From an uncultured Alphaproteobacteria bacterium (lineage in GTDB: Bacteria; Pseudomonadota; Alphaproteobacteria; Methylaequorales; Methylaequoraceae), in contig CACBWF010000003.1 in NCBI GenBank assembly GCA_902542925.1, positions 1-48,128 of the forward strand: 48,128 nt of DNA, given 5' to 3'. The position numbers and the translations under genes were made by a program. This document shows, in pieces, positions 37,875 to 45,694 of this stretch. A model generated the notes under the pieces. The model was given only the letters and a program-made list of their open reading frames with translations. It did not search any database and was not told the origin of the DNA. Each line of letters opens with the position of its first letter. Position 1 is the stretch's first letter.

Positions 37875-38092
37875 TCTTTTTTACTTTGAAAATATTGGAG
37901 TAATTTTATTACAAATACAAATAATCCTGATATTAAAACAAATATTGCAAAATTAAGCGGCGTGACAAATTTCAAAAGGTGCAGTTGGTCTGAGGCTGTA
38001 AGTGCAACAATTATTATTAAAAGAACTGAAAATATAAAGTATCTGATCGATAAGCATAAAAAACATCCTTTTTTATCATCATTTTTTGACAT
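37871..38092 (-). CDS. Small two-TM hypothetical protein
   Basis: ATG at 38092 overlaps the upstream gene end; CFLC followed by two hydrophobic helices. Confidence 0.6.
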   Translation of the reverse strand: MSKNDDKKGCFLCLSIRYFIFSVLLIIIVALTASDQLHLLKFVTPLNFAIFVLISGLFVFVIKLLQYFQSKKD

Positions 38093-38621
38093 AACACTCA
38101 AATTTTAAAGATTTACTATATTTACACACGTCATTAGCAAAAGATATTTTATTAGTTGGAAGTACAAGCCTATATAAACCATTTTTTTTGTCCTGAATTA
38201 TTAATAAATTAATATTTTTAAATTTTGGTTTGAGCTTATTTTCAATTAACTTTTCTAATTCAATAAGATTTTTTTTTGTTTTATATACCCCATATTGAAC
38301 AAAATATTGTTGAATATTAGGCGGTAAACTTTCTATAATGACTTTTCCTAAATTTTTATTAAGTTCTTTTTTCACAATTTTTTTTTCTTTTAAAGAATTT
38401 TGTTCAGACAATTTTTTTTCAGCAAGTGATTTCTTTTCTTGAATAACCGAAGTTAAAATTTTGTCTCTGTCAATTTTAAATTTTTTGTCAAATACGTCTA
38501 GTTGATTGTTAATAATATTTTTTGATTTATTTAAGTTTTCTTGCGTCAAAAAAATAACATTCAAGAAAATCAAAATAAAAATAATAGAAATTATATTAAA
38601 AGGAAGTAAAAAAATCATCAA
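38079..38621 (-). CDS. Membrane-anchored protein with a degenerate SPOR domain
   Basis: N-terminal TM; C-terminal YFVQYGVY...GLYRLV...ANDVC..K....ECYV pattern typical of alphaproteobacterial SPOR domains. Confidence 0.62.
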   Translation of the reverse strand: MMIFLLPFNIISIIFILIFLNVIFLTQENLNKSKNIINNQLDVFDKKFKIDRDKILTSVIQEKKSLAEKKLSEQNSLKEKKIVKKELNKNLGKVIIESLPPNIQQYFVQYGVYKTKKNLIELEKLIENKLKPKFKNINLLIIQDKKNGLYRLVLPTNKISFANDVCKYSKSLKFECYVKK

Positions 38622-38728
38622 GACTACTCTAGCATTTATACTTAAAAAAAAAAGAAAAAATACACAAAAAACAGCAATTTACACATTTTTGAATAATTTA
38701 CTTCTGAAAAATTACTTTTTAAAACAAA

Positions 38729-38742
38729 GTCAGGTTTTTGAC
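38729..38742. promoter_or_regulatory. FleQ-type box upstream of rpoN, overlapping a candidate sigma70 -35
   Basis: GTCA-GGTTTT-TGAC; TTGACT(38738-43)-N17-TAAAGT(38761-66). Confidence 0.55.
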
Positions 38743-38817
38743 TAAAAAAAATTGTCAAATTAAAGTTTTGCTTTTTATTCTTAAAATTGTGAGATTATAA
38801 TAAAAGGAGATATTATT

Positions 38818-40272
38818 ATGCAAATAACACAGAACCTCAAATTAAAACAGAGTCAGTCATTGGTAATGACTCCTCAATTACAACAAGCTATAAAATTATT
38901 ACAACTAACAAATTTAGAGCTATGTGATTTAGTTAATAAAGAATTAGAGGAAAATCCTTTTCTTGAAGACAGCAAATTTGAAGAAAACAAAGGTGAGGTA
39001 GATCATGAAAATGAGACACATAACCTCGAAGACGAGTTTGTCAGTAAAGATGCAATGGATTCTGAAATAAAATCAGAAGCATATGATAATTGCTGGGATA
39101 AAGAATTAAATTGTAATAATAAATCACAAAATTATGAAACAATCGATGCTGGTTCTGTTGCTGAACAAACGGTTAGTGAGGAAATAACACTGAAGTCAGT
39201 TCTCACAGATCAAGCTAATTTAGAATTTGATAAAGATGATGAAAAATTTATTTCTCGAGTTTTGATTGATTATATTGATTCATCTGGTTGGATGACAAAA
39301 GATTTAAAAGAAATTTCTGAAATTATTGGATGCGAAGAAAATAAGGTTCAAACTATAGTTGATAGAATGAAAGATTTTGAACCCAGCGGTGTTTTTGCTC
39401 AAAATCTACAAGAATGTTTGACAATTCAATTAAAAGCAAAAGAATTATTTAATGATAAAATTAAAATACTACTAGAAAATTTTGATTTGTTAGCAGCCGG
39501 TGAAATTAAGACTATTTGTAAGCAAGGTAATTGTTCAAGAGAAGAGATTGCTAAAAATTTAGCTGTTATTCGACAAATGAACCCTAAACCAGGGAATATT
39601 TATGCTGCACCTGAAAATAATATTTTTCACCCAGATGTTATTGTAAAACGCAAAAATAATACTTGGGAAGTTGAATTAAATCAAAGTACACTGCCTAAAA
39701 TTGTAGTTAATGAAAATTACGCAAATCAATTAAACAATTTAAATTGTAGTCAGGGTGATAAAAAGTTTATTACAGAATCAATTGGATCTGCCAAATGGTT
39801 AGTTAAAGCAATTGAGCAAAGGAATATAACCACACTCAAAATTAGTAGTGAAATTGTTCAACAGCAAAAAGAGTTTTTTGAAAAAGGTTTATCATACTTA
39901 AAACCTATGATACTCAAAGATGTCGCAAAAAAGATTGGAATGCATGAAAGTACGGTAAGTCGAGTAACAAGTGCAAAACTTATGCTTACACCAAGAGGTA
40001 TATTTGATATGAAACACTTTTTTAGTGCATCAATTAATAGTACAGAAAAGGGTGAATCATATTCAGCGGCTTCAGTAAGAGAAACTCTCAAAAATTTGAT
40101 TTCAAGTGAACCGCTTAATCAGCCATTTAGTGATGAGGTAATTGTTTCAAAACTTCAGAAAGAGGGAATCAACCTTGCTAGGAGAACAGTTGCTAAATAC
40201 AGAGAATTAATGTGTATTCCATCATCAGCAGAGAGAAGAAAAATAATGAAAATTCAAAATATAGGCATTTAA
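38818..40272 (+). CDS. rpoN: RNA polymerase sigma-54 factor
   Basis: MTPQLQQAIKLLQL, ELEENPFLE, HESTVSRV, RpoN box ARRTVAKYRE. Confidence 0.98.
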   Translation: MQITQNLKLKQSQSLVMTPQLQQAIKLLQLTNLELCDLVNKELEENPFLEDSKFEENKGEVDHENETHNLEDEFVSKDAMDSEIKSEAYDNCWDKELNCNNKSQNYETIDAGSVAEQTVSEEITLKSVLTDQANLEFDKDDEKFISRVLIDYIDSSGWMTKDLKEISEIIGCEENKVQTIVDRMKDFEPSGVFAQNLQECLTIQLKAKELFNDKIKILLENFDLLAAGEIKTICKQGNCSREEIAKNLAVIRQMNPKPGNIYAAPENNIFHPDVIVKRKNNTWEVELNQSTLPKIVVNENYANQLNNLNCSQGDKKFITESIGSAKWLVKAIEQRNITTLKISSEIVQQQKEFFEKGLSYLKPMILKDVAKKIGMHESTVSRVTSAKLMLTPRGIFDMKHFFSASINSTEKGESYSAASVRETLKNLISSEPLNQPFSDEVIVSKLQKEGINLARRTVAKYRELMCIPSSAERRKIMKIQNIGI

Positions 40273-40290
40273 TAAATATTAAATCAAATT

Positions 40291-40470
40291 TTAATTTATC
40301 ACGCTTTTAATTGTTTTGAAAACTTCAATGTTTTTGTCCATAAAATGTGAAACAGGATATATTTCTTTAAAAGATTCTTGTTCTTTATCATTAAAATATA
40401 CGATTTCAACAAATGGTGCACTGTTTAATTTTGTTTTATTTGAAAGTTTAATTTCTTTTAAATTATTCAT
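40291..40470 (-). CDS. 59-aa hypothetical protein with its own sigma54 promoter
   Basis: AGGAGA RBS before ATG 40470 and a -24/-12 promoter just upstream; the ORF-track start at 40521 lies upstream of that promoter. Confidence 0.7.
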   Translation of the reverse strand: MNNLKEIKLSNKTKLNSAPFVEIVYFNDKEQESFKEIYPVSHFMDKNIEVFKTIKSVIN

Positions 40471-40494
40471 AATTATTCTCCTTTTGAGGAATAC

Positions 40495-40510
40495 TGCAGA
40501 TTTTATGCCA
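40495..40510 (-). promoter_or_regulatory. sigma54 promoter of the 59-aa ORF
   Basis: TGGCATAAAATCTGCA with exact spacing. Confidence 0.78.
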
Positions 40511-40542
40511 TAGATCAGCATAAAAAATAAAACTTATTTCAT

Positions 40543-41196
40543 TTATGAATTTTCTTCTTGGAGAATTTTTTTGAAATACATAATTTTTAAATCTGTTCTA
40601 CTTTTTACTTTTGATTTTTCTTTCTGTGATAAAATTTGTCTATCTTGTAAATCTTGATTATATCTACCTTCTCTATTTTTTTTCCAATGCTCATGGACTC
40701 TTTTTAAATAAACTTTCATTCTTATTGGATTTGACGAATGGTATCGTGATATTGCTAGGTTCCAACTTTTGTACTTCAAAAATAATTTTTTGAGAAATCT
40801 CCCTGCATAGTAGATATTTTCTTCTGGATCAATCATGTCTTTCAAATTTTTAAACATCCTACCATGATACCTATAATTTAATTGCATACACCCAATATCT
40901 ATATTTTGTTCATTCGAATAAATAGCTTTATCCAGATAATTGGTCATTTCTTTTTTTGAGTCAAAAAAAATTGATTTTCCATTAACGTTTAGTGACCAAG
41001 GCCAAGGTTGATAAATACCGTTTTTTGTAATTCCTGTCTCTGTAAATGAAATTGATGAAAGTAATTTATTTGGAATCTTAAACTCTTTTTCAACCTTGGA
41101 GGCAATAGTGTAGCAATCATCCAACTTTTGAGCATTAGTATTATTTAATACAATCAAATTAAATATTAGGATTATTGGGATTGAATAAAAATTCAT
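40543..41196 (-). CDS. Lytic transglycosylase (SltF/PleA-like SLT family)
   Basis: Signal peptide; IPNKLLSSISFTETG (catalytic Glu), PWPWSLN, IDIGCMQLNYRYH, AISRYHS. Confidence 0.9.
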   Translation of the reverse strand: MNFYSIPIILIFNLIVLNNTNAQKLDDCYTIASKVEKEFKIPNKLLSSISFTETGITKNGIYQPWPWSLNVNGKSIFFDSKKEMTNYLDKAIYSNEQNIDIGCMQLNYRYHGRMFKNLKDMIDPEENIYYAGRFLKKLFLKYKSWNLAISRYHSSNPIRMKVYLKRVHEHWKKNREGRYNQDLQDRQILSQKEKSKVKSRTDLKIMYFKKILQEENS

Positions 41197-41206
41197 TCAA
41201 TATTTT

Positions 41207-41222
41207 TGCAATTACAGTGCCA
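41207..41222 (-). promoter_or_regulatory. Consensus sigma54 promoter of the lytic transglycosylase
   Basis: TGGCACTGTAATTGCA, a perfect TGGCAC-N5-TTGCA, inside a 33-bp gap. Confidence 0.9.
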
Positions 41223-41229
41223 CTTAAAA

Positions 41230-42570
41230 TTAGTCTTTAAGAATCGAACTGCTTAAAAGATTTCTTCCTATGGAAATAAAATTGTAAGGATTAATATGTT
41301 TTTTATTAACAATAATTTCGTAATGTAAATGGGCTCCAACAGCTCTTCCAGTTGCTCCCATTTTACCAACTATTTCTCCTTCCTTAACTTGAGTACCTTT
41401 TTTAACAAGAATTTTGTGGAGATGCCCATACAAAGTCTCAATACCATGTTTATGTTTAATTTTAATTGTTTTTCCAAATGACCCATTTCTTCCAGAAAAT
41501 ATTACAGTACCATTTGCAGAAGCTCGAACCTCTTCTTGCCAAGTACCAGCCATATCTATACCTTTATGCATTTGTCTTATTTTTGTTTTTGGATGAGTTC
41601 TTAACCCGTAAGGGCTTGAAACATAATAATACTGCATTGGTGGTTTAAGTGGTAAATAGACAATAGCATCTTTTAAATTTTCCAGAAACTGAAATCTTGC
41701 TGTAACAGAATTTATTAACTCTGATTCGTTATTATTATCGAGCTCTTTTTTTAAAATTGAATCTATTTCTTTAAGATTAATATTATCTGGACTAAGTTTT
41801 AAAGTTTTAAAAACATTGAGTAACTCCATAATTTCAAGATCAATTTTGCGAGTAAACTGTGTAATTTTTGTTTTGTTGTTACGAGGTGCTGAAAATGGCA
41901 GCACTGGCAATGAATTATAATTTCTCTTTAAAATTTCTTTTTTAATTTCTCTTTCATTTAAATTTGAATTTTGTTTTTCACTGATTCTTTTGTTGGACTC
42001 TTCAATTGGAACCATTTCAGGACTAGCTAAACTTACAAATTCATCAAATACAGATTCATCACTTAAAGAGACATTTGGATGAATTCCAAAATCAAATTCA
42101 TTAATAATATCTTTAAAATTTGAATATTTTTCAATAGCATAATTTTTAATTATTTCTAAATTTACGAAGTCGTCTTTTTTATCCTCAATATCAGCGATAA
42201 CTTTTTCTTTTTTAATAGTTGAATCAACTATACTTTCAGTAACAATGGCCTGCTCTGCCAAGTTTTTTAAAACCTCAACTTCAGATTTGGTAAATTGACT
42301 TGTTTGGTTTATCGAATTTTTGTAAAGCATTAAATGAGTAAATACATTAATTACACCAAAGAGTGCAAATTGTAATATTTTAAAAGCAACAAATATCGAT
42401 AACAAAAATCCTGAAATATAATGCTTGATATTAAATACAACTTCAATTGGACCCTTTTTTGTAAAAAAAAGAAACCTTCTTTCTTTAAGTATTTCTTGAA
42501 GATTTTTTGTGACATTCATTTCACCAAATCTTGGACTGGATTTTATTTGATCAATAAAGTTTCTCAGCAT
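41230..42570 (-). CDS. Membrane-anchored M23 metallo-endopeptidase (LmdC-like architecture)
   Basis: Cytoplasmic N-terminus with ERRFLF, TM helix, coiled coil, HKGID and HLH zinc motifs. Confidence 0.9.
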   Translation of the reverse strand: MLRNFIDQIKSSPRFGEMNVTKNLQEILKERRFLFFTKKGPIEVVFNIKHYISGFLLSIFVAFKILQFALFGVINVFTHLMLYKNSINQTSQFTKSEVEVLKNLAEQAIVTESIVDSTIKKEKVIADIEDKKDDFVNLEIIKNYAIEKYSNFKDIINEFDFGIHPNVSLSDESVFDEFVSLASPEMVPIEESNKRISEKQNSNLNEREIKKEILKRNYNSLPVLPFSAPRNNKTKITQFTRKIDLEIMELLNVFKTLKLSPDNINLKEIDSILKKELDNNNESELINSVTARFQFLENLKDAIVYLPLKPPMQYYYVSSPYGLRTHPKTKIRQMHKGIDMAGTWQEEVRASANGTVIFSGRNGSFGKTIKIKHKHGIETLYGHLHKILVKKGTQVKEGEIVGKMGATGRAVGAHLHYEIIVNKKHINPYNFISIGRNLLSSSILKD

Positions 42571-42582
42571 GATTGTTCTCCC

Positions 42583-43131
42583 TTATTTGAGATAGAGAAC
42601 TACAACTAGCATAATATTTGTTAATAATTGCATTAACATTATTAAAAGCATTAATTTCCAAGATATCGGGTTATTGATATTAAGACTAAATTGTGGGAAT
42701 TTTTCAGTAACTTTATCGAATTCAACTTTTTTATTTTGACTATCAACCGTATTTTTCAATTGATAGTTTTCAAAGGATTTTTTTGATTTAGTTTTTTCTT
42801 TTTGATTGATATTAATCGATGATTGCAAATTTTCATCATTTTTCTTTTCAATATTCTCATTTAATGACTCAACATTCTTAAAATTTGGTGAATTAACTTT
42901 TGATCCATCAAATTCAGTTTTTTTATTTTCAAGACTATCGGATTTTTTTAAAAAATTGTCGTTAGTATTTTTGTTTGAGGGTTTTAAATCTTTTTGATTT
43001 TCTAAATTGCCTTTTTTTAAAATAATTTTTTCATTTGGTTTTGAATTATCTTCAGAAGGAGAAGCACCATCATCAATTTGTGTTCTCATTCTTTCAATTC
43101 TTTGTCTAATATCTACTACTTGTTCAGCCAT
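42583..43131 (-). CDS. Tail-anchored hypothetical protein
   Basis: Short N-terminal helix, long N/K/S-rich disordered linker, C-terminal TM ending VVVLYLK. Confidence 0.75.
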   Translation of the reverse strand: MAEQVVDIRQRIERMRTQIDDGASPSEDNSKPNEKIILKKGNLENQKDLKPSNKNTNDNFLKKSDSLENKKTEFDGSKVNSPNFKNVESLNENIEKKNDENLQSSININQKEKTKSKKSFENYQLKNTVDSQNKKVEFDKVTEKFPQFSLNINNPISWKLMLLIMLMQLLTNIMLVVVLYLK

Positions 43132-43165
43132 AATAATTAATTAAACTTATCAAAAATGAATTCAA

Positions 43166-43181
43166 TGCATTTGTTGCGCCA
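43166..43181 (-). promoter_or_regulatory. sigma54 promoter of the tail-anchored protein/M23 operon
   Basis: TGGCGCAACAAATGCA with exact GG-N10-GC spacing in an otherwise very AT-rich gap. Confidence 0.72.
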
Positions 43182-43208
43182 AAACTAAAATTTTGATAAA
43201 GTTTTATT

Positions 43209-43217
43209 TGTTATAAT
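43209..43217 (+). promoter_or_regulatory. Candidate extended -10 sigma70 promoter of the bactofilin operon
   Basis: TGTTATAAT, 24 bp before the ATG; weak evidence in an AT-rich genome. Confidence 0.4.
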
Positions 43218-43241
43218 AACTTATTCTGATAAGGTTACAAA

Positions 43242-43649
43242 ATGTTTTCTAAAGACGATAAAGAATCTTTTAAATCTTCCGATTCAAGTGTTATAGGTAC
43301 CGAAATGCAGATTAATGGTAACATAAAGTGTCAAGGTAGTCTTGTGATTAAGGGTACTGTCAAAGGTAACATCGAATGTGACGAAATTAGACTTTCTTCT
43401 GAAGGTGTTCTTAAGGGTTCTATTAAATCAAAAGATTCAGAAATTTCTGGCAAATTTGAAGGTAATATTTTTTCAGATACAATTGCTATTGGTTCAACTG
43501 CTAGTATCAAAGGTGGTATTAACTACAATAGAATGCAGGCAGAACCTGGAGCTAAACTGGAGGTTGACTTTCTTTTAGGTTTGGAAGAGAAAACAAAGGT
43601 TTCAAAAAAAACTAACTTAGCCAAGTCGTTAAAAACTATAAAAGGATAA
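43242..43649 (+). CDS. Bactofilin (polymer-forming cytoskeletal protein) 1
   Basis: MFSK N-terminus, SVIG..MQINGNI, repeated (I/V)xG beta-helix turns, GAKLE. Confidence 0.92.
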   Translation: MFSKDDKESFKSSDSSVIGTEMQINGNIKCQGSLVIKGTVKGNIECDEIRLSSEGVLKGSIKSKDSEISGKFEGNIFSDTIAIGSTASIKGGINYNRMQAEPGAKLEVDFLLGLEEKTKVSKKTNLAKSLKTIKG

Positions 43650-43656
43650 ATAAATT

Positions 43657-44043
43657 ATGTCAGAAAATCAGTCTATAATTGGTAAAGATGTACTCTTTAA
43701 AGGTAAAATTACCAATTCTAAAACAATTGAAATACATGGAAGAGTTGAAGCAGATATAAAATCTGAAAAGATAACCCTTGGTAAAACCGCAAATTATGAC
43801 GGTGGAATTCAGGCCGATTTGGTTGTAATATCTGGTAAATATCAAGGAAAGTTAAAAGCTGATTCTGTTTGGTTAACAGATTCTTCAGTAATTTCCGGTG
43901 AGATAAATTACAAATCTCTTCAAATGGATAGAGGTGCAGCCTTAAATTGCAGAGTTGTTCATAACTGGGATGAGAAAAAAATAAATAAAAGAAAAGATCA
44001 GAATTTTGAAGATGAAGGAACTGGAGAGTCAGATGAGAATTGA
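43657..44043 (+). CDS. Bactofilin 2
   Basis: SIIGKDVLFKGKI, IEIHGRVEADI, ISGEINYKSLQMDRGA. Confidence 0.92.
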   Translation: MSENQSIIGKDVLFKGKITNSKTIEIHGRVEADIKSEKITLGKTANYDGGIQADLVVISGKYQGKLKADSVWLTDSSVISGEINYKSLQMDRGAALNCRVVHNWDEKKINKRKDQNFEDEGTGESDEN

Positions 44044-44064
44044 CAATCTTAAAAAAGGTGAATC

Positions 44065-44382
44065 ATGAGTGATTTGACTTACATAAACAAAGAATTAACA
44101 ATGGAAGGTACCCTGCAAGCAAAAGAAAGCCAAGTGGTGGTTGCTGGTAAGTTTAAAGGGAATATTACTGCAAAAACTGTAATCTTAGAATCAACGAGTA
44201 TTTTTGACGGAATATTAAATGCTGAACATTTAAAGATCGAGGGGCAGGCTTCTGGTGAAGTCACTGCTGAGTTCCTAGAAATAACTGGCTCTGGAAACTT
44301 TGACGGCAAGCTCAAAACTAACTCATTATCAGTTGACATGGGGGCAAAAGTCTCAGGTAATGTAGGGAGAATTACTGGTTAA
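44065..44382 (+). CDS. Bactofilin 3 (core only)
   Basis: TYINKELTMEGTL, VVAGKFKGNI, LSVDMGAKVSG. Confidence 0.9.
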   Translation: MSDLTYINKELTMEGTLQAKESQVVVAGKFKGNITAKTVILESTSIFDGILNAEHLKIEGQASGEVTAEFLEITGSGNFDGKLKTNSLSVDMGAKVSGNVGRITG

Positions 44383-44638
44383 TTTTTGATATTTCCTGAC
44401 TTTTAATACAATTCTCAAAAAATTCTAAACTTTTTTTTGAACCTTCAAGTTGTTGAAGCTTCATAGAGGAAAATCTTCCAGCAGCTAAAGCAACTGCCCA
44501 ACTGTCGTTGTAGTATTGTGAATATTGGTTTAAAACCTTTTCAATATCATCTCTTATAAAAATATACAATTTTTTTTTATATTCTTCAGAATGCTTTAGT
44601 TTATTTGGGAAATATATTATATTAGAATTAATTGACAT
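44372..44638 (-). CDS. Hypothetical helical protein (88 aa)
   Basis: ATG 44638; N-terminal NIIYFP, core WAVALAAGRFSSMKLQQLEG. Confidence 0.65.
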   Translation of the reverse strand: MSINSNIIYFPNKLKHSEEYKKKLYIFIRDDIEKVLNQYSQYYNDSWAVALAAGRFSSMKLQQLEGSKKSLEFFENCIKSQEISKINQ

Positions 44639-44673
44639 ATATTTAAAACGTCTTATTTTGAAATTGTTTAAAA

Positions 44674-45066
44674 ATGAAACAAAATAAAAATTCAAAAACA
44701 CCCCAACTACCTGTTAAACGGTCTGAAAACCCAATGGTTAAGGTTTCTAAACATGGGAATCCTCTAGATATTTCGGAGAAATTACAACATTTTAAAAATA
44801 GAGATGAAGTAAGGAAGTTCTTACCTGATATACTCGGAAGAGTATTAGCAAGGATTTGGATAGATTCCAATTTTAGAGAACAATTCTCAACAGATCCTCA
44901 AAAAACCCTAGAATTCAATGGAGTAATATTACCGGATGATATGACTATTGAATTTCAAAAACCAAATTCTGATAGGCCTAGAATTGTTGTTTATGAACAA
45001 AAACCTAATTCAAAATTTAAACTGAGAGTTCTTTACCTACAGTTAGTTATGATGGCTGGAAGGTGA
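44674..45066 (+). CDS. Hypothetical protein with an NHLP / nitrile hydratase alpha-like leader segment
   Basis: GRVLARIWIDSNFREQFSTDPQKTLEFNGVILPDDMTIEF resembles the ARAWxDxxF...xDP...LxExG..LP motif. Confidence 0.6.
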   Translation: MKQNKNSKTPQLPVKRSENPMVKVSKHGNPLDISEKLQHFKNRDEVRKFLPDILGRVLARIWIDSNFREQFSTDPQKTLEFNGVILPDDMTIEFQKPNSDRPRIVVYEQKPNSKFKLRVLYLQLVMMAGR

Positions 45067-45692
45067 TTATAAAAATAATTTCTTTTTTACTATTTTTATT
45101 TCTATATTCTTCTATCTACTGCGCAGAAATTATTTCTGATGAAGAATACTACAATAAAGGAATAAATTTATACAAAAACGCTGAATTTGACGAAGCTTTT
45201 GTAATTTTTTTTAATCTAGCTCAAAAGGGAGAAAGAGATTCTCAATTTAATATTACTAACATGTACGAAGGTGGAGTAGGAACTACACAAAATTTTGTTG
45301 AAGCTCTTAAATGGTGTTGGTTATGTGCCCTTGGAGGTGAGAAAAAATGTTTTAAGAAAATCGAAAAATTGCTGACTAAAATTGATGATGAGTCTCTTGT
45401 GAAAATAAGTAAAGAAGTTGAAGCGTTCTTAGAAAAAAAGCTTTATGAAAAATCAGATATTAATTATTCATTAATGTTAGGATTTTGGTACGAAAAATTT
45501 TCTCCTGAGCAAAATATTGAAAAAGCTTATATGTGGTACTCTGTAGCTGTTACAGGAGGCTTGTACAAAGCAATGAAGAATAGAAATAATACAGGAGAGT
45601 CTTTACTGCCAGAAACTCTTATTGATCTTCAAAATAAAGCTAGTAAAATCTATTCAGAAATAAAATATTTTGGAAACACAAAGGATGAATAA
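45063..45692 (+). CDS. Secreted Sel1-repeat protein
   Basis: Signal peptide; AQKGERDSQFNITNMYEGGVGTTQNFVEALKW and EKAYMWYSVA. Confidence 0.88.
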   Translation: MIIKIISFLLFLFLYSSIYCAEIISDEEYYNKGINLYKNAEFDEAFVIFFNLAQKGERDSQFNITNMYEGGVGTTQNFVEALKWCWLCALGGEKKCFKKIEKLLTKIDDESLVKISKEVEAFLEKKLYEKSDINYSLMLGFWYEKFSPEQNIEKAYMWYSVAVTGGLYKAMKNRNNTGESLLPETLIDLQNKASKIYSEIKYFGNTKDE

Positions 45693-45694
45693 TT

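Noticed and set aside
38622-38686. Possible frameshifted N-terminal extension of the SPOR-like gene across a poly-T run
   Set aside because: The restored extension is poly-Phe and implausible; it cannot be supported without reads.
40471-40521. ORF-track start for the 76-aa ORF
   Set aside because: The extension covers the sigma54 promoter; the RBS points to ATG 40470.
44028-44044. GTCA-N9-TGAC as another FleQ box
   Set aside because: Wrong spacing and located within the end of a coding sequence.
44643-44870. 75-aa minus-strand ORF and the 44701 start of the neighbouring ORF
   Set aside because: Both overlap the better-supported plus-strand gene at 44674.
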